DNA from: Chitinophagaceae bacterium
GTDB lineage: Bacteria > Bacteroidota > Bacteroidia > Chitinophagales > Chitinophagaceae
DNA length: 64,000 nucleotides
Assembly (NCBI GenBank): GCA_947476485.1
Contig: CANJQU010000002.1
Location: forward strand, 2,149 to 66,148
Direction of reading: 5' to 3'
The translations under genes and the position numbers were made by a program. Below, one piece after another: positions 1 through 9,466 of the stretch. Below the pieces are notes generated by a model, which saw nothing but the letters and a program-made list of their open reading frames with translations, was not told where the DNA came from and made no database searches. The stretch's first letter is position 1, and the number at the start of each line of letters is the position of its first letter.

Positions 1-20
1 GGACGATGCAGACTAACGAA

Positions 21-155
21 GTGAGCAACAAGTGAGCAACTTTTGAGCAAGAAAGTGAGCAACTTTTCAAGCCGTTTTGTGGTTAATTAACTGATTATCA
101 ATACCAAGTTGAGCAATAAAGCTGAGCAACAAAAAAACGAAGAATAGTGAGCAAC
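21..155 (+). repeat. Seven same-orientation copies of a 9-nt motif NTGAGCAAN (four exact GTGAGCAAC)
   Basis: GTGAGCAAC at 21-29, 32-40, 55-63 and 147-155. Variants at 43-51, 109-117 and 122-130. No ORF covers them. The array is cut by the window edge. Confidence 0.8.
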
Positions 156-188
156 TTTAAACACATGTATTTTGCCCCAGTCGTGGCG

Positions 189-287
189 TGTGATACTTTT
201 GTGATATAAATGTGATATTTTTAGACCCTAAAGCATTGATCTTCAACAAAAACCTGTGCAATCTTTTTTTCTTGCGATCTGTGATAT
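189..287 (+). repeat. Four direct copies of TGTGATAY
   Basis: TGTGATAC at 189-196 and TGTGATAT at 200-207, 211-218 and 280-287. The region is non-coding and lies upstream of rpsO. Confidence 0.75.
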
Positions 288-395
288 TTCGGTCTAAAGA
301 AATAATCGAATTCGGGATTTAGCCCGGTATGAAGGGAGATGCATAACAACAATCCAAATTTCAAATTCCTAGCGACAAATTCCACAATATTTCCC

Positions 396-403
396 TATCT
401 TTG
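396..403 (+). promoter_or_regulatory. Candidate Bacteroidota -7 promoter box (TATCTTTG) for rpsO
   Basis: Matches the TAnnTTTG consensus about 60 nt upstream of the rpsO ATG. Confidence 0.45.
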
Positions 404-428
404 CACTCGCTAAAAATAAATTATAAAC

Positions 429-447
429 ATTCCGCATGGGGCGGAAT
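429..447 (+). promoter_or_regulatory. 5' UTR hairpin, candidate S15 autoregulatory leader
   Basis: ATTCCGC (429-435) pairs with GCGGAAT (441-447), 17 nt before the rpsO start. S15 autoregulates through leader structures in many phyla. Confidence 0.35.
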
Positions 448-463
448 AAAAAAATTGATGCAA

Positions 464-736
464 ATGTCACATTTTACAGCTGAAAAGAAAGCAAACATCT
501 TCAAAACATTCGGTGGCAACGAAACCAATACCGGATCTATCGAATCACAGATCGCAATGCTCACAGAGCGTATCAACCATATCTCCGGCCACCTGAAGAC
601 CAACAAAAAGGACTTCTCTACAAACCGTGGATTGATGTCAATGGTAGGCCGTCGTAAACGCCTGCTTACTTATCTAAGCAACAACAACCTCGAATCATAT
701 CGCGGCCTGATAGAAAAGCTTGGATTACGCAAATAA
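464..736 (+). CDS. rpsO: 30S ribosomal protein S15
   Basis: MSHFTAEKKANIF...GLIEKLGLRK aligns along its whole length with E. coli S15. The ATG at 464 is preferred over the TTG at 401 used in the ORF track. Confidence 0.95.
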   Translation: MSHFTAEKKANIFKTFGGNETNTGSIESQIAMLTERINHISGHLKTNKKDFSTNRGLMSMVGRRKRLLTYLSNNNLESYRGLIEKLGLRK

Positions 737-753
737 GCGCAACCTCTTATAAC

Positions 754-787
754 ATTCCCAACTGTTTCGGTTGGGAATTGTTTTTTA
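754..787 (+). terminator. Rho-independent terminator or attenuator after rpsO
   Basis: ATTCCCAAC (754-762) pairs with GTTGGGAAT (770-778) and is followed by TGTTTTTT. Confidence 0.8.
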
Positions 788-1013
788 CTTATGACCGTGA
801 AGTCTGAAAAGTGAGTATTCTCAATGAGCGCTGTGTTCTTTGTGAAACTCCTTGTGCATTTTGTGGTTAAGCGTAATCTTACAATTCCCACTGGCAGCAA
901 ACTACCTTGCAGCATCATCGAATCTGCAATCTCCAAAAAACATTGATGAACCCCTATGAGTTGCGGGGACGTAAAGCAACTATATTTTAACGCTGATTAA
1001 ATAACATGATGTT

Positions 1014-3389
1014 ATGATTCCAAATCCAATTTCCGCCTCGCTTAAATTAGCTGATGGCCGCGAAATAACCATCGAAACGGGCAAGATGGCCCGCCAGGCC
1101 GATGGTTCAGTAGTTGTCCGTATGGGCGACTGTATGATACTCGCTACAGTAGTAGCTACAAACGAGCCCAAGCCAGGGCAGTCTTTCTTTCCATTGAGTG
1201 TTGATTACCAGGAAAAATTCGCTTCCGCAGGCCGCATTCCGGGCTCGTTCTTCAAGCGCGAAGCACGCCTTAATGATTACGAAATACTTACCTCACGTCT
1301 TATAGACCGTGCACTCCGTCCACTGTTCCCTGATGATTACCTGTGCGAAGTACAGGTGCTGGTTTCTCTTATTTCATCTGATGCAGAGGTTATGCCCGAC
1401 TCGCTTGCGTGTCTCGCAGCATCTGCAGCACTTGCTGTAAGCGACATTCCGATCCAGGAAGTGATCTCTGAAGTTCGCGTTTGCCGCATCAACGGTGAAT
1501 ACGTTGTAAACCCGGGCCGCACACAGATAAAGGATGCCGACATTAATATTATAGTCGCCTCTACCGACAAGAACATCATGATGGTAGAAGGTGAAGGCAA
1601 GGAGTTTGAGGAAGCAGGACTGATCAAGGCGATCGAAGTTGGCCACGAGGCCATCCGCGCACAGATCAAGCTGCAGCACGAACTGCGTGAGAAAGCCGGT
1701 GTGACCACAAAACGTGAATACACCAAGCCTTACACCAACCCTGCATTTGAAGCAACCATCGCAGAATTCGGCACTAAGCGTATCTACGATATTGCTAAGG
1801 GCGCTCTTGCCAAGCATGATCGCAGCGATGCTTTCAAAAAGGTAAAAGAAGACTTCAAGGCACAGTTTCAGAGTTCACAGGTAACAGAACCCAACTACCT
1901 GGAACCAGCAGACGCAGCCCTCATAGGCACTTACTTCCACGACCTGGAAAAGAAAGTGATCCGTGAAATGATGCTGAACGAAAAAGTACGCCTTGATGGC
2001 CGCGCACTGGAAACAGTTCGCCCGCTGACCATGGAAGTAAATCCGCTTCCTGCTCCGCACGGTTCTTCACTGTTTACCCGTGGCGAAACACAGTCGCTCA
2101 CTTCAGTAACCTTCGGTACATCGGAAGATGAGCTGCTGGCTGAGACTGCTGCAACATCTGATTATGTTTCTTTCTTCCTGCATTACAACTTCCCGCCATT
2201 CTCTACCGGCGAGGTGAAGATGATGCGCGGCCAGAGCCGTCGCGAAGTAGGCCATGGTAACCTGGCTATGCGTTCGCTGAAGCAAATGATGCCGGCTGAA
2301 TATCCTTACACAGTGCGTGTAGTATCTGATATCCTGGAGAGCAATGGTTCTTCATCGATGGCTACAGTGTGCGCAGGCTCACTGGCGCTTATGGATGCTG
2401 GTGTTCCGATACCAAAGCACGTAAGTGGTGTGGCAATGGGCCTTATAGCTGATCATGGCAAGTTTGCCGTGCTCACAGACATCCTTGGTGATGAAGATCA
2501 CCTGGGTGATATGGACTTTAAAGTAACGGGTACCCGTGATGGTATCTGCGGTATCCAGATGGATATCAAGTGTGATGGTCTGAGCATGGAGATCATGTTC
2601 CAGGCGCTGGAGCAGGCTAAACGCGGTCGTTTGCACATCCTTGATGCAATGTACACTTGTATCCCTGAAGCACGTGCAGAACTGAAACCACAGGCACCAC
2701 GCATCGAGCAGTTGAATATAGATCGTGAATTCATCGGTGCGGTAATCGGGCCAGGTGGTAAGATCATACAGGAAATACAAAGGGAGACCGGCGCCAAGAT
2801 CAACATCGAGGAAGTTGGCGACCAGGGTGTGATAAAGATATTCTCTGCAAACAAGGAGAGCATCGATAAGGCGCTCGGATGGATCCGCAGTATAGTAGCG
2901 ATACCTGAGATAGGCGCTACCTACGAAGGTACCGTGAAGAGCATCATGCCTTTCGGCGCATTTATTGAGTTCATGCCGGGCAAGCAAGGTTTGCTGCATA
3001 TCTCTGAAGTAAGCTGGAAGCGCCTTGATACACTTGATGGTGTGCTGAAAGAAGGCGACAAGGTGAAGATCCAGTTGGTAGGCACAGATCCTAAGACTGG
3101 TAAGCTGCGCCTGAGCCGCAAGGTACTTATGCCAAAACCAGAAGGCTACACAGAACCAGCCCCACGCGAAGGTGGCGACCGCGGAGACCGTGGTGATCGT
3201 GGCGACCGCCGTGGTGGTGGTGACCGTGATCGTAACCGTGGTGGTGGCGACCGCAACCGTGGTGGCAACGACCGTGGCCCACGCGAAGACCGTCCACGCC
3301 GCGAAAACAATAACGAAAACAAACCACAGGCAACCGAGCAGTCCGCTCCGCAGGTTAGCGAAAGCGACGATGCTGATATGGCACTGTAA
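1014..3389 (+). CDS. pnp: Polyribonucleotide nucleotidyltransferase (PNPase) with an R/G/D-rich C-terminal tail
   Basis: 791 aa with two RNase PH-like halves, KH ([10 protein letters not shown]) and S1 ([15 protein letters not shown]) signatures, and the conserved rpsO-pnp synteny. Confidence 0.97.
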   Translation: MIPNPISASLKLADGREITIETGKMARQADGSVVVRMGDCMILATVVATNEPKPGQSFFPLSVDYQEKFASAGRIPGSFFKREARLNDYEILTSRLIDRALRPLFPDDYLCEVQVLVSLISSDAEVMPDSLACLAASAALAVSDIPIQEVISEVRVCRINGEYVVNPGRTQIKDADINIIVASTDKNIMMVEGEGKEFEEAGLIKAIEVGHEAIRAQIKLQHELREKAGVTTKREYTKPYTNPAFEATIAEFGTKRIYDIAKGALAKHDRSDAFKKVKEDFKAQFQSSQVTEPNYLEPADAALIGTYFHDLEKKVIREMMLNEKVRLDGRALETVRPLTMEVNPLPAPHGSSLFTRGETQSLTSVTFGTSEDELLAETAATSDYVSFFLHYNFPPFSTGEVKMMRGQSRREVGHGNLAMRSLKQMMPAEYPYTVRVVSDILESNGSSSMATVCAGSLALMDAGVPIPKHVSGVAMGLIADHGKFAVLTDILGDEDHLGDMDFKVTGTRDGICGIQMDIKCDGLSMEIMFQALEQAKRGRLHILDAMYTCIPEARAELKPQAPRIEQLNIDREFIGAVIGPGGKIIQEIQRETGAKINIEEVGDQGVIKIFSANKESIDKALGWIRSIVAIPEIGATYEGTVKSIMPFGAFIEFMPGKQGLLHISEVSWKRLDTLDGVLKEGDKVKIQLVGTDPKTGKLRLSRKVLMPKPEGYTEPAPREGGDRGDRGDRGDRRGGGDRDRNRGGGDRNRGGNDRGPREDRPRRENNNENKPQATEQSAPQVSESDDADMAL

Positions 3390-3404
3390 AAACCTCTCCC
3401 CCAG

Positions 3405-3476
3405 CCCTCTCCGAAGGAGAGGGAGGTGTTGAGTAAGTATTATTTGACAGCCCATCTGAAAGGATGGGCTGTTTTA
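3405..3476 (+). terminator. Two hairpins downstream of pnp, the second a canonical intrinsic terminator
   Basis: CCCTCTCC pairs with GGAGAGGG (3405-3423). CAGCCCATC pairs with GATGGGCTG (3448-3471) and is followed by TTTT. Confidence 0.75.
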
Positions 3477-3525
3477 ATTCAGCCAACACTATCTTTATCT
3501 TGGTTCAACCAACATCAAACAGCAA

Positions 3526-3912
3526 ATGAATCTAAAAGCCCTCCATCACATTGCCATCATCTGCTCAGATTATGAGCGGTCGAAGAAGTTTTATACCGAA
3601 GTGCTGGGATTTGAAGTGCTCAATGAAGTATATCGCAAGGAGCGCGATTCCTACAAGCTCGACCTGTCTTTGAATGGCCAATATCTAATAGAGTTATTCT
3701 CATTTCCAAATACCCCACCGCGGCCCACTCAGCCCGAGGCATGCGGACTCAGACACATAGCTTTTGCAGTTACAGATATAGGCGCCACAGTAAAGGAACT
3801 CGCTGACAAAGGAGTAATTGCCGAACCAATAAGAACCGACGAATTCACGCATAAGAGGTTCACTTTCCTTCGCGACCCCGATGATCAGCCTATTGAATTG
3901 TATGAGCAGTAA
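3526..3912 (+). CDS. VOC (glyoxalase/bleomycin-resistance fold) family protein
   Basis: 128 aa. HHIAIICSDYERSKKFYTEVLGF and the C-terminal DPDDQPIELYE are typical of small VOC proteins. Confidence 0.85.
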   Translation: MNLKALHHIAIICSDYERSKKFYTEVLGFEVLNEVYRKERDSYKLDLSLNGQYLIELFSFPNTPPRPTQPEACGLRHIAFAVTDIGATVKELADKGVIAEPIRTDEFTHKRFTFLRDPDDQPIELYEQ

Positions 3913-4012
3913 GCTGCGTTTCAATTGAGGAGTAGATTACAGCGATAAGCATTTGAACGGACTGGCTTTTTGTACAGTTCATTTTTTCGTACATTTGTAT
4001 AAAGCATTTGAT

Positions 4013-4228
4013 ATGTATAGGCAGATCCTAATTCCTACAGAGAAGGCGCATACGGTGGAGCTTCCTAAAGAGTATTATGGGGTGAAAATGGAAGTTATCG
4101 CATTCCCATTTGAAGAAGAGAATTCACGGGTTAGTATACCAGAAGGTAATATTGATGCTTTTTATGACGCAATAAGACTTGATTTTTCAGGCTATAAGTT
4201 TAACAGGGATGAAGCCAATGAGAGATAA
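4013..4228 (+). CDS. Putative antitoxin of the downstream PIN toxin (family not recognised)
   Basis: 71-aa acidic ORF whose stop overlaps the PIN gene start. A TACATTTG box lies at 3990-3997. Confidence 0.5.
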   Translation: MYRQILIPTEKAHTVELPKEYYGVKMEVIAFPFEEENSRVSIPEGNIDAFYDAIRLDFSGYKFNRDEANER

Positions 4229-4622
4229 AGTTTTTGTTGATAGCAATGTCCTGTTATACCTATTAGGCAATGATGAGCGGAAGAAAGATATTGCCAAAAT
4301 AATTCTCAAAGCAAGGCCATCGATCAGCGCACAAGTAGTATCAGAAAACGTAAATGTTTTACTAAAAAAATTTACGGAGTTGACATTGAAAGATATTAGC
4401 GGACATGCCAAAATGCTCTCACTTTACTGCACGATAAACACTTTGAATGTATCAACAATAGAAAAGGCCTTTGAAATAAGAGAAAAATATCATTTTCAAT
4501 GGTATGACTGCACTATATTATCTGCGGCCATTTTGGATGGATGCACTATAATTTATTCCGAAGATATGCAGCACGGTCAATTGATAGAAAATACGCTAGC
4601 TATCGTAAATCCCTTCTTGTAG
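4209..4622 (+). CDS. PIN-domain ribonuclease, VapC-like toxin
   Basis: KVFVDSNVLLYLL carries the first acidic PIN residue. Size is about 135 aa. The start could be ATG 4209 or 4218, and both overlap the upstream ORF. Confidence 0.75.
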   Translation: MKPMRDKVFVDSNVLLYLLGNDERKKDIAKIILKARPSISAQVVSENVNVLLKKFTELTLKDISGHAKMLSLYCTINTLNVSTIEKAFEIREKYHFQWYDCTILSAAILDGCTIIYSEDMQHGQLIENTLAIVNPFL

Positions 4623-4649
4623 AAACAAATTCCTGTTCTACGACATTTA

Positions 4650-5348
4650 CTAGAATATCTTCATCAACTCTTCCAGGTGTTTCACCTCATAAGTAGGCTT
4701 GCGGTTGTGCGGCACATCGTGAGGATTGTAGTAGGCAGTATCCCAACCGGCATTTATGGCGCCCAGTATATCAATGTCAATCGCATCGCCGATCATAATA
4801 CTATGCTCGGCTTCGGCTTTTGATATGTTCAGCGCGAAATCAAAGATATCGCGGTGGGGCTTCATGCTGTTGCTCTTCTCTGAAGTAATGAGGTGGGTGA
4901 AGTAGCGTGATATGCCGGAATATTGCAGCTTAAGGCGTTGAGTAGTTTCGAAGCCATTAGTGATGAGGTGCATCTCATAACGCCCCTTGCAGTGATCCAG
5001 TATCTCTTTGGCATGGGGCACCAGCAGTGTTTGCGTAGGCAGTATTTCCAGGTAGGCGGTACTTATCTCATGTGCCAGTGATGTGTCTGCCACTTTAAAA
5101 TCGAGCAACATATGCCACATCCTCTTCCAGCGCAGTTCTTCACGTTTTATGAAGCCATTGCGGTAACGGTCCCAAAGCCGGTCGTTGTGCACCACATAGA
5201 CCTTGTACATCGCATCAAAATCCGGAATCCCGCGCTTGTCCAGCTCATACTCCCTATAAAGCTGCTTCATAGTGGCCTCTGAGTTCTTGTCAAAATCCCA
5301 AAGCGTATGGTCGAGGTCGAAGAAAAGATGTTTGTATGGCTTACTCAT
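4650..5348 (-). CDS. HAD-superfamily hydrolase (YjjG-like nucleotidase type)
   Basis: FFDLDHTLWDF is the DxDxT motif I. ITNG and GDAIDIDILGA match the later HAD motifs. Confidence 0.85.
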   Translation of the reverse strand: MSKPYKHLFFDLDHTLWDFDKNSEATMKQLYREYELDKRGIPDFDAMYKVYVVHNDRLWDRYRNGFIKREELRWKRMWHMLLDFKVADTSLAHEISTAYLEILPTQTLLVPHAKEILDHCKGRYEMHLITNGFETTQRLKLQYSGISRYFTHLITSEKSNSMKPHRDIFDFALNISKAEAEHSIMIGDAIDIDILGAINAGWDTAYYNPHDVPHNRKPTYEVKHLEELMKIF

Positions 5349-5426
5349 TGGTATGCAAGTTAAGTCAAAAGTTAAAAGGCAAAACCAAAAAAGTAGCGAT
5401 ACATTTCCAGATGCATCTTTTAACTC

Positions 5427-6116
5427 CTACCTTTTCTTACTGAAAAAATCTTTTAGCTCGCGGCTCATTTGCTCGCCACGGCGTTTCAGGTCCTGGAGTT
5501 CTGTCTCCACATTGCGGCTGAAGTCGTGAAAACTGATAGGATTGCCATTGTTCATATTGAACAGTTCCTCGCGGCTGCGCGCAGCCGGTATCACGATCCA
5601 CGCTATGAGATAGGCGATGAATCCTACACCAAACGTAAAGAACAACGCCACCATCACGATGCGAATGATCACCGGATCTATATCAAAGTAGTGCCCAACG
5701 CCGCTGCACACGCCACCTATTACTTTATCATACGGATCGCGCAGCAACCTGTCGTGAGTATACGGGTACGGGCGCGAAGGGCCGGTTTTTGTATTGTAAG
5801 CATAAGATGATCCGGTATTTGCCTGGCTTCGACCTGTTGCTGAACTATTTGCGGGGCCATCGTGCAAATCTGCAGCCGAACCAAGTGTGTCGATCACTTT
5901 TTGCACGTCAGCACGGTCTATGGCTGGTACCCCGCCCTGCAGCCTTATACTGAATAACTCCGCAATACGGTTTTCTATATCTTCAATGATCTCCTTACCT
6001 TCTTCGCCGGTGAACTGGCGACCGAGGGTATTGATGTATTCCTTTAAAATAATGTAGGCATCCTCTTCTATCGGCAGAATGCGACCGGCTATGTTTATCT
6101 GAATGATACGTTGCAT
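5427..6116 (-). CDS. PspC domain-containing membrane protein
   Basis: LLRDPYDKVIGGVCSGVGHYFDIDPVIIRIVMVALFF is a PspC signature. The internal ATG at 6116 is preferred because the longer ORF runs through padR. Confidence 0.8.
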   Translation of the reverse strand: MQRIIQINIAGRILPIEEDAYIILKEYINTLGRQFTGEEGKEIIEDIENRIAELFSIRLQGGVPAIDRADVQKVIDTLGSAADLHDGPANSSATGRSQANTGSSYAYNTKTGPSRPYPYTHDRLLRDPYDKVIGGVCSGVGHYFDIDPVIIRIVMVALFFTFGVGFIAYLIAWIVIPAARSREELFNMNNGNPISFHDFSRNVETELQDLKRRGEQMSRELKDFFSKKR

Positions 6117-6127
6117 ACAGGTGGTTT

Positions 6128-6460
6128 TTATATAGATACTGTTAAGTTGTTTACGGCATTGCTTAGTTCGTCCCAGGTTTTGCGGAGCTGCTCGTAAAAT
6201 TTCACTCCTTCTTCCGTGAGACAATAATACTTCCTCGGTGGTCCCGATTGCGACTCCTCCCAGCGGTAACTCAGGAAGCCTCCGTTCTTCAGCCTCGTTA
6301 GCAAAGGATACAATGTGCCTTCCAGCACCACCAGCTTCGACCCCTTCAGCTGCTCCAGTATATCGCTCGGATATGCTTCTTTCTGCCTTTGTATGATCCC
6401 CAGGATACATAGCTCCAGCAACCCTTTCCTCATCTGTGATTCTGTGTTATCTACTGACAT
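6128..6460 (-). CDS. PadR family transcriptional regulator
   Basis: 110 aa. LELCILGII...YPSDILEQL...EGTLYPLLTRLKNGGFL is the PadR winged-helix signature. Confidence 0.9.
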   Translation of the reverse strand: MSVDNTESQMRKGLLELCILGIIQRQKEAYPSDILEQLKGSKLVVLEGTLYPLLTRLKNGGFLSYRWEESQSGPPRKYYCLTEEGVKFYEQLRKTWDELSNAVNNLTVSI

Positions 6461-6496
6461 CTGATCCTATTTTCAATACAAAGGTAGGTAAAAAAA

Positions 6497-6519
6497 GGTA
6501 TTATGCATTGCATAGTACC
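6497..6519. promoter_or_regulatory. Near-perfect palindrome, candidate PadR operator
   Basis: GGTATTATGCATTGCATAGTACC, with the core TATGCA-T-TGCATA at 6502-6514, lies about 40 nt upstream of padR. Confidence 0.45.
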
Positions 6520-6570
6520 TTGTTAAAGAAAAACAAAAAAAGCCCAACATCGAATGAAGGGCCAGGTTGA

Positions 6571-6641
6571 GGGTTATAGGTGCGGGTTTAGAGGAACAGG
6601 TCTATAGGTACTTTGGGTTATAGGTTTTATGGGGTTATAGG
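6571..6641 (+). repeat. Five phased copies of GGGTTATAGG-like decamers (13-17 bp period)
   Basis: GGGTTATAGG at 6571, 6615 and 6632. Degenerate copies at 6584 (GGGTTTAGAGG) and 6599 (GGTCTATAGG). Confidence 0.7.
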
Positions 6642-6655
6642 AGTCTTAAGATTTT

Positions 6656-7690
6656 TTATAAGTTATCGAGCTGAGACCGGATATATGCCAGGCTCACTAA
6701 TGACATCTGGGCATACAGGAACATGCGGCTCTCTGTGGTTACACTGTTCTCGCCAAAATAGTAGTAGCTGCCATTTTTATTAGTTGCCACGACTATATCT
6801 ACGTGCATACCCACAGGTATATAAGCGCCTTGTGCCAGGTGGAAAGTATGTGTTGCTGCATCATACTTTGTCATGTGTGCAGCAGCATTGATAGTGGGGA
6901 ACACAATAAAAACCTCTGTGTTTGACTGGTTAAAACTTGTATCAGGCATCATTACCCGCATATCAGTAAGCTCGGCCAGTGAGTCATGAAAATAATCACA
7001 GTTTATCCAGCGAAAGCTGGCACAGCTATCAAACTGGTAATAGGTCATTAATGCACTGTGTGTGGTGATCGTATAAGTTCCGGAACTGGTAACGACAACA
7101 ACCAGGTTTGTATCTGATGTGGTAATCGTCCCGTTAACAAATGTTCCGGTCTGCGATGCAACAGGTGCGCCCCACACAACAACAGAGTCATCGCTGCCTG
7201 CACCGCCATAAAACAATGACATAGGCTGCTGCTTAGCAGTATGCTGCCTGAAACCTATACCGTATTTATTAGCAAAAACCTCTTCCCCGTTCATGGTAGC
7301 CGCTATCTGCACCTGCCCGCCACTTGTCAGTAATTTGCCACCAGACGTGGTTGCTACCCGGTTAGCGATCATGTCGCCAGGTGTGTATATCTCTGTGACC
7401 TGCAGGTTTACAATGCCCTTGACAAGCGTATTTCCCTCCTTGTCCATGAATGAATTTGGATAAAAAGTGAGCTTGGTACCATTGAGACAATAAACCGTCT
7501 GGCTGGCACCGGCAGTAACTGAAATATTCTGCGGTGCCGTGCGCAGGCCGGCAAAAAGCTGGTTCAGCCGGGACTCATCTGTGTTAACTGATACTACCCC
7601 GTAGTTACTGCTACCACTCTTTTTGCAAGAGGTAGCGAATAGCGCTGCTAAGCTACAAAAGGCCAGTAAACAGGTATAAACACGTTTCAT
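6656..7690 (-). CDS. Hypothetical lipoprotein
   Basis: 344 aa with a signal peptide and lipobox (LFATSC). No recognisable catalytic motifs. Confidence 0.7.
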   Translation of the reverse strand: MKRVYTCLLAFCSLAALFATSCKKSGSSNYGVVSVNTDESRLNQLFAGLRTAPQNISVTAGASQTVYCLNGTKLTFYPNSFMDKEGNTLVKGIVNLQVTEIYTPGDMIANRVATTSGGKLLTSGGQVQIAATMNGEEVFANKYGIGFRQHTAKQQPMSLFYGGAGSDDSVVVWGAPVASQTGTFVNGTITTSDTNLVVVVTSSGTYTITTHSALMTYYQFDSCASFRWINCDYFHDSLAELTDMRVMMPDTSFNQSNTEVFIVFPTINAAAHMTKYDAATHTFHLAQGAYIPVGMHVDIVVATNKNGSYYYFGENSVTTESRMFLYAQMSLVSLAYIRSQLDNL

Positions 7691-7862
7691 AAAAAAGTAT
7701 CCTTATCTACATAGACGTTCAATAAGGAGAAAGTGTTAGACATATTGATAATAAATATGTCAACCATTTTAGGGAAAGGGTGCGGACACTTCTTTTTAAT
7801 TGACTTTGGTACCAAAAAACTGGATGGCATAACGTTATATTTGTAGTCATTAATATCAGGAG

Positions 7863-9404
7863 ATGCTAGTAAAAGTTTTTGGCAGCGCGGTGTATGGAGT
7901 AGAAGCCCTCACCATCACTATGGAAGTAGACCTTGCCCAGGGTACAACCGGCTATTTTATCGTGGGGCTTCCTGATAATGCAGTGAAAGAAAGCATAGAG
8001 CGAATATTATCCGCCATTAAGAATACTGGTTTTGAGCGTCCTCGCACCAAGGTGGTGGTGAACATGGCTCCTGCGGACATCAAGAAAGCAGGCAGCGCCT
8101 ATGATCTACCAATCGCTATCGGGATGCTGGCTGCCACAGGACAAGTACCTGCCGAGGAACTGGGGCAATACATAATAATGGGCGAACTGTCGCTGGATGG
8201 AAGCGTGCAGCCTATAAAGGGCGCGCTGCCGATAGCCATACAGGCGCGGAAGGAAAAGTACAAAGGCCTCATACTACCTAAGGCCAACGCCCGCGAAGCC
8301 GGCATGGTGAATAACCTGGATGTGTATGGCGTAGAGAACATATCGGAGGTGATTGGTTTCTTTAATAAAACACAGGAGCTCAAGCCCACCGTAGTAAACA
8401 CCCGCGAAGAGTTTTACGACGCCCAAAGCAATTTTGATATAGACTTCAACGATGTAAAAGGGCAGGAAAATGTGAAACGTGCACTGGAGATAGCCGCTGC
8501 CGGCGGACACAACGCCATACTTATAGGCCCGCCCGGTGCGGGCAAGACCATGCTGGCCAAGCGGTTGCCTACCATACTGCCGCCGCTGACACTGCATGAA
8601 GCCCTTGAAACCACCAAGATACACTCAGTGGCAGGCAAGCTGGCTGCCAATACATCGCTTATTGCACAGCGGCCATTCAGAAGCCCCCACCACACGATCT
8701 CGGATGCAGCGCTGGTAGGAGGCGGAGGTGTGCCGCAACCCGGAGAAATATCACTGGCACACAATGGTGTACTATTTCTTGATGAGTTGCCGGAGTTCAA
8801 GCGCAGTGCACTGGAAGTGATGCGCCAGCCCATGGAAGAACGCAAAGTATGCATATCTCGAGCCAAGATGAGCATAGATTTTCCGGCGAGCTTTCAATTG
8901 ATAGCTTCTATGAATCCCTGCCCCTGTGGCTATTTTAACCATCCCGAAAAAGAATGTACTTGCTCACCCATAATGGTGCAGAAGTACCTAAACAAAATAA
9001 GCGGTCCCCTGCTGGATCGTATAGACCTGCACGTAGAAGTAACACCCGTACCCTTCAGCGAACTCTCCAGCACCAAGATGTCTGAACACAGCGGCGATGT
9101 GCGCGAACGCGTAATGAAAGCCCGCGAGATACAGGCCAAGCGATTTGAAGGAAACGAAGGTGTATACTGCAATGCACAAATGAGCAGCAAGAAACTAAAA
9201 GAGATCTGCGTTATCAGCAGCGTAGGACAGAACCTTTTGAAGACCGCCATGGACCGCCTGAATTTATCCGCCCGCGCTTATGACCGCATTCTCAAAGTGT
9301 CCCGCACCATTGCCGACCTTGCCGGTAGTGATGATATACGCCCTGAGCATCTTGCTGAGGCTATACAGTATCGGAGTCTGGATAGAGAGGGATGGGCTGG
9401 GTGA
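7863..9404 (+). CDS. YifB/ComM family Mg-chelatase-like AAA+ ATPase
   Basis: 513 aa with a Lon-like N-terminal domain, Walker A GPPGAGKT, VLFLDELPEF and a C-terminal ChlI-like region. Confidence 0.93.
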   Translation: MLVKVFGSAVYGVEALTITMEVDLAQGTTGYFIVGLPDNAVKESIERILSAIKNTGFERPRTKVVVNMAPADIKKAGSAYDLPIAIGMLAATGQVPAEELGQYIIMGELSLDGSVQPIKGALPIAIQARKEKYKGLILPKANAREAGMVNNLDVYGVENISEVIGFFNKTQELKPTVVNTREEFYDAQSNFDIDFNDVKGQENVKRALEIAAAGGHNAILIGPPGAGKTMLAKRLPTILPPLTLHEALETTKIHSVAGKLAANTSLIAQRPFRSPHHTISDAALVGGGGVPQPGEISLAHNGVLFLDELPEFKRSALEVMRQPMEERKVCISRAKMSIDFPASFQLIASMNPCPCGYFNHPEKECTCSPIMVQKYLNKISGPLLDRIDLHVEVTPVPFSELSSTKMSEHSGDVRERVMKAREIQAKRFEGNEGVYCNAQMSSKKLKEICVISSVGQNLLKTAMDRLNLSARAYDRILKVSRTIADLAGSDDIRPEHLAEAIQYRSLDREGWAG

Positions 9405-9466
9405 TTTGTGTTGATAAGTGATAAGTTGATTGGTTACAACAAAATCGGTCTCAACTCCTTGGATAT

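Noticed and set aside
60-290. Chromosomal origin (DnaA-box cluster) at the window start.
   Set aside because: Only one near-match to TGTGGATAA is present (TGTGGTTAA near 76-84). The repeated motifs GTGAGCAAC and TGTGATAT do not fit the DnaA-box consensus. No dnaA or dnaN is nearby.
2379-3455. 358-aa antisense ORF inside pnp. Similar long antisense ORFs occur at 15733-16296, 27091-27720, 36677-37285, 49587-50186 and 54305-55177.
   Set aside because: Each lies fully inside a well-supported gene on the opposite strand. Their translations are low-complexity or Cys/His/Arg-rich nonsense. They arise from codon bias or from repeats such as the TPR and RGD regions.
5427-6410. Long 327-aa form of the PspC ORF. 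N-terminal extensions in the ORF track at 17565, 28988-29077, 38557-38628, 38589 and 50508-50543 were treated the same way.
   Set aside because: The extensions overlap neighbouring genes or use TTG/GTG starts in non-coding leaders. The conserved domain begins at an internal ATG in every case.
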